Source: Gracilinanus agilis (taxonomy: Eukaryota). From it: DNA of 64,000 bases. Below the pieces are notes generated by a model that worked only from the letters and a program-made list of their open reading frames with translations, was not told where the DNA came from and did not search any database. The stretch's first letter is position 1, and each line of letters starts with the position of its first letter. A program made the position numbers and the translations under genes. Shown here in pieces: positions 59,709-64,000 of this stretch. The stretch lies in assembly GCF_016433145.1 (NCBI RefSeq), contig NC_058133.1:188962552-189026551 (forward strand), in the 5' to 3' direction.

Positions 59709-61522
59709 GAGGAAAGAAAGGGTCTGATGGCACCGGAGACCAGGAGGCAGGGGGATCCGGACTCTGCGCTTTGGGGTCTGGGTCTAGAGAATTGCGCTAG
59801 CTCAGAGCCTCTCTCCGGTTAGGGCTCGAGCTCCTGCAATAGGGCTCCAGCCCTGGCCCCCAGCTCTCCTGCTCCAGAGCTCCGCCTCTTCCACTTTGGT
59901 CCTGCCCACAGGCCCCTCAGTTGGGGGGCTCCCTCCCTAACCTCCGCCTATTCTCCACCCCACCCCTCCCGCCCACCCCTGGCCGCCCCTTCGGGGTTTC
60001 TGTGTTCTCACATTCCCTCAGCGCTAGCCAGGAAGGGTTTGGTTATTGATGCTGCTAAACCTGCCTCGTTTCAGACTCCACCCCCTAAGACCCGCTCCGT
60101 CTCATCTCCCACAGATATTCGCTCTCCCCCTCACAGCTGACAACCTCTCTCCAAGCGCTTCCCCCAGAAGTCAATTCTTGTTCTGAATAGAGGTTCTTCC
60201 CAGAATTACAGAGAGCAGAGCGGTAGAACTGAGCGCCTAGAGGAGGAGGAGGAAATGTGAGTAGCTCTAGGTTCCAGGGTCGGGGTGAGGCTGCCACCCG
60301 CCTGCTCACCCTCGATAAGGCAGCCCCCCCACCCCGCTCCCGGCCACTAACTGGCTTGAGTAGTTCCAGCGGCGAAAGCAGAGGCAGAGGGCACCAGGAC
60401 TACACTACAGTGAACGCCAGGGTTTCTTTTCCACGCCCCCGCCTCCCGCGGTCACTCAACTGTTTGCTCCTGCTGAGGAGGAGCTATCCTGTCAGGACCC
60501 GCCTCTCTCCATCACCCATTCCAACATTCAGAGACCTCAGTCTCTATGTACGCAAACCTCCCCTCGCCCCCCCACCCCCAAAAGGACCACAATCTGGACC
60601 GGTTAGCTGTCCTGCAGCCATCTGCGTTTGCCTGTTTGACCACCTCTCCAATAAAGCAAAGTCCAAATCCGCCTTAACCCTTTGGTTTCCGCCTACTAAA
60701 GAGAGCCCCACCCAGTGCCTAGGACCTGTAGAGGAAAGAGGGGACTGGCTGTTCCTGCTGTATCTTGAATCAAAAGTCAGTGTTCTAAGTTGGAAGGTCT
60801 TTCAGTGCTCACCAAGGAACCATTAACGGCTAAACTATAGTGGAAGGAACTAGAATTAGTTTGGAGAAAATCAACCCAACAAATTCCCTGTGGACATTTT
60901 AAAGACCACAGGGAATCTCTGTTAAGATTTACCCTCACACACACACTCTCACCATCCTGTTCCAGGACCTGTTTCACACACATAATATTCGACACCTAGA
61001 CAAAGGCACTGAGAGCTGAACACTCCAGCTTTAATAACATAGATCAGAGCCATACCTGGCACTTAGCTGCCAGTTCTCCCTCTCTAATCTCCTATTCCTA
61101 TGATGCCCTGTGTGCTGCCTGCAGCCAGGCCCTCCATGTAACCCCTACCCCACTTTTAGAGAATCCAGACTAAACTTGAAGGGAGAAGTCAGTAGATGCT
61201 GCCTACTATAGATATGTGTGACTATATATTTTATGGGTTTACTGACCCTGGATCATTGAAGTCTGGAATGAAGTAGAAAGAGTGAAGAGAAATTAGGCAC
61301 ATCTTTTCTCTCTGGGGCTATTACCTCAACCCACTCATGGAGCAGAACAGTGGGGTAACAGAAGAATTCTCTTTTCCAAATTCTCCTATGGTTCTCCCAG
61401 CCCACAACTGGGGAGGGAAGCTGTAAAGTTCTTTTAAGTTACATTGGGTCTACCCTCCAATCTGTGGGGACAGAGTCTGTCTCCTTTGGAGAACTGAGGA
61501 AGGGGGAAGGGAAGGTACTCCA

Positions 61523-61682
61523 TTAAAAGAATTTGACCCCTCGGCCATCGCTGACAGTGATAATCTCAGCCTTGTGTTCCAGCTGTAGGGCCTGCAGAGC
61601 TCGAAGAAGTGTGGCTTCATCCAGCCCATGGAATTCTGTGGGGAAAGCAGAGTTGTGAGGGAGCCCCTCTATACAGGGGACA

Positions 61683-61742
<60 letters not shown>

Positions 61743-63618
61743 TGAAGTTCTAAAAGGTAGAAGTGGGTCAAACCATTGTTAGTTTATGACTAGTGTGAGC
61801 TGCTGAACTTAAGATCCCTGGTGGACTGGAAATAAGACTCCACCTAGCATTACAATGGCTGGCAGAGGAGGGGCGAAGGGCAAACCCCCAATTGTTTGGC
61901 ACTTAAGCTAGAAGGCAGGATATATCCTGAAGCTATACTGGTCTGGGATACTGTCCAGACTTTCCTGGCCACTGAGGATGGATTGGGAAGAGATAGGCAA
62001 GAAGACTGGAGATGTAAAGTGCCAAAAGCAAGGAAGCACAGGTCATGACATGTACATCCCCTTTTTACCAAAGGGGAGCCCAGCTTGGTTTCTGACAAAA
62101 TCTTGAGCTTTCCCCAACCTGGGCTGGTGGGTATGGCTGGCCACTATGCAGGATGGTAGCCAGGAGGTGAAGGCCAAAGGCAAGGAAGGTCCTGCAGCAG
62201 AGGAGGCTATAGTCAAGAGCTGTCAATTCTGCTATTGATCTAGAAGCTAGTTCTAGGAAATGAAAGATAATTCTGAAGATCTAGGTGAAAAGAGAGTAAA
62301 TGATGTGATCCAGAAATAAAACGAATCCCAATTCTTGACAAGAAGTCAAAACACTTGAGTTAGGTCTGCTCCTTCCCCCAATTAATCTCAGCTGATGCTC
62401 GAGTTAGAAGGGGATGAGGAGTCAGTAGTATCCTCTGCCCCTCCAACCACACACAAGAATATCCACATTCACACAGCTTTTTCACAGTATTTGCAGCCCA
62501 GAGGTCAAGAATATGAGATGGATAACAAAACAGGAAATGGGAAATATAGTATTCAAATGGGGGAGGAGGTGCAATGCCAAATATATTACCCTCATCCTCG
62601 GTATCATCTCCATTGGTTAGTTCATAAAAGGTAAATACAGAGTTGTTCTGGCCACTCTTTGAAACCTGTGGACATAGAAAATGAAGGCTAAGTGGAGTCC
62701 AAGAGTTCCTTGGGGTTGTCACCTCCCTGACTCATTGACCCCACCCTTCTAATCCAGGAATCAGGTACCAGAGCTGATTTTAGCCTCTGAGGAAGAGTGG
62801 CTGAGTAGCCACATTCCCTAAGGGAAGCTATATTTACATACATGTACAGCATTCAAACCACAATTTCTCATGCGTCTAATGAGGGACCTCTTGTCCTGGC
62901 TAGCTACCTATTCAGGAAAGAGGGTGGGGTCTGGATGTTGTTGTACAAGTTGTATTGCTACTAAATGCTGCATCCCTTTTTGGAGGGGTTGGGGTTTGTG
63001 GCTAGAAGTTTCAGGAGAGCCTGTTCTGACTCCACAATGGTTTAAAGAAATTTGCTGGCATTCTGTGACTTTGAGGTAGACCCTATGTGTGTGAGGGGGA
63101 GGCCTCAAATTATTTTTTTGCCCTTTCCTCATTTATCTCCTGTGGCTGGCATTCTGTGACTTTGAGGCAGACCCTATGAATACATGTATGAGGGGGAGGC
63201 CTCAAGTTATTTTTTTGCCCTTTCCTCATTTATCTCCTGTGGTCAGAACCTCCGGTCAATCAAGCAGCCTGTGGTATACTCCCACTGTACAACTCTGAAA
63301 ATATGGCTTTACTCAGCTCCTTGGCTGCTGCTAGTAAGGAGGGAAAGAGGGAAGCTTTATTTGTCTGGAGAAACTGAGGCTTGCCACAGATATAGTCTTC
63401 TTTAACCCATCTCCAACATACTAGGTATGGAGATCTGCACAGTGGACTACTTGTGCACACAATGTTGAACCCAATTTCTTTCTACCCTTATGGAAAGGTG
63501 CTGTTCTGTCAGATGCTGAGGTGTCTCACCCACTGGTAGATGAGTTTCCCCCATTCTTCTGGCCTCCGCCACATGATCAAGAAGCTGGACTTGTTCTTAT
63601 CCAACCATTCCAGGTTCC
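61523..63618 (-). CDS. VPS25: ESCRT-II subunit VPS25, last three coding exons; the 5' part lies right of the window
   Basis: Exons 63618-63530 (NLEWLDKNKSSFLIMWRRPEEWGKLIYQW), 62665-62590 (VSKSGQNNSVFTFYELTNGDDTEDE), 61635-61523 (FHGLDEATLLRALQALQLEHKAEIITVSDGRGVKFF*); phases consistent. Confidence 0.96.
61684..61739. repeat. (CA)28 microsatellite in the last VPS25 intron
   Basis: 56 bp perfect CA repeat. Confidence 0.95.
63054..63241. repeat. Tandem duplication of a 91/97-bp hairpin-containing unit in a VPS25 intron
   Basis: Copy 1 63054-63144 and copy 2 63145-63241; near-identical except the central loop. Confidence 0.92.
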
Positions 63619-63861
63619 CTGGAAAGCAATCATGCATTGGAAAATTGATAGGAGTTAATGAGGTGGAAGAGAGTGGAGGAAGTTCCATTTTCAGGACACT
63701 GAGAGATTAAACCCTTCCCATACCCAGAACCCATCTCAAATCCACTGCTGCTTTCACCAAGGAATGTTTCCTGCCTTCTGATTCATGCTATAGTTTCTTT
63801 CTTCCCATATACATCAGGTATAAAGGGGATGGGTAAGAAAACCATGCTTTTATTTCTTTTT

Positions 63862-64000
63862 AAAACCCTTCTGTCTTACAATCAATATTGTGTATTGGTT
63901 CCAAGGCAGAAGAGCAGTATGGGATGTTAAGAGCAATGGGAGTTAAGTGACTTGCCCAGGGTCACACAACTACGAAGTATCTAAGGCCAAATTTGAACCC
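63862..64000 (-). mobile_element. SINE1 copy truncated by the window edge
   Basis: AAAACCCTTCTGTCTTACAATCAATATTGTGTATTGGTTCCAAGGCAGAAGAGCAG...GTTAAGTGACTTGCCCAGGGTCACAC. Confidence 0.85.

Noticed and set aside
60085-60309. Possible upstream non-coding WNK4 exon (pyrimidine tract plus AG near 60238)
   Set aside because: Donor ambiguous and no supporting evidence from sequence alone.

Overview
Marsupial genomic DNA, most likely opossum (Monodelphis-type SINE1 and MAR1 repeats). It is the reverse-orientation orthologue of the human 17q21 block AOC3(-, exon 1 only) - AOC2(-) - PSME3(-) - BECN1(+) - CNTD1(-) - COA3(+) - WNK4(-) - VPS25(-, last 3 exons). All exons were mapped by hand from splice sites. 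The six complete genes give uninterrupted frames: AOC2 757 aa, PSME3 254 aa, BECN1 448 aa, CNTD1 332 aa, COA3 105 aa, WNK4 1277 aa. There are three assembly gaps (4172-4520, 17582-17732, 55858-55985). I find no convincing wholly new gene or system. The best leads are: a 25-codon alternative first coding exon hidden in PSME3 intron 1; three hAT DNA-transposon MITEs with intact ends, one resembling the horizontally transferred OC1 family and one carrying a near-perfect CTCF motif into WNK4; candidate minor (U12) introns in the head-to-head pair COA3/CNTD1; an 18-bp VNTR in their shared promoter; a perfect CArG box upstream of AOC3; signs of AOC2/AOC3 concerted evolution; and no canonical polyA signal between AOC2 and AOC3. 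Comparisons with human sequences and repeat consensus are from memory and need database confirmation.
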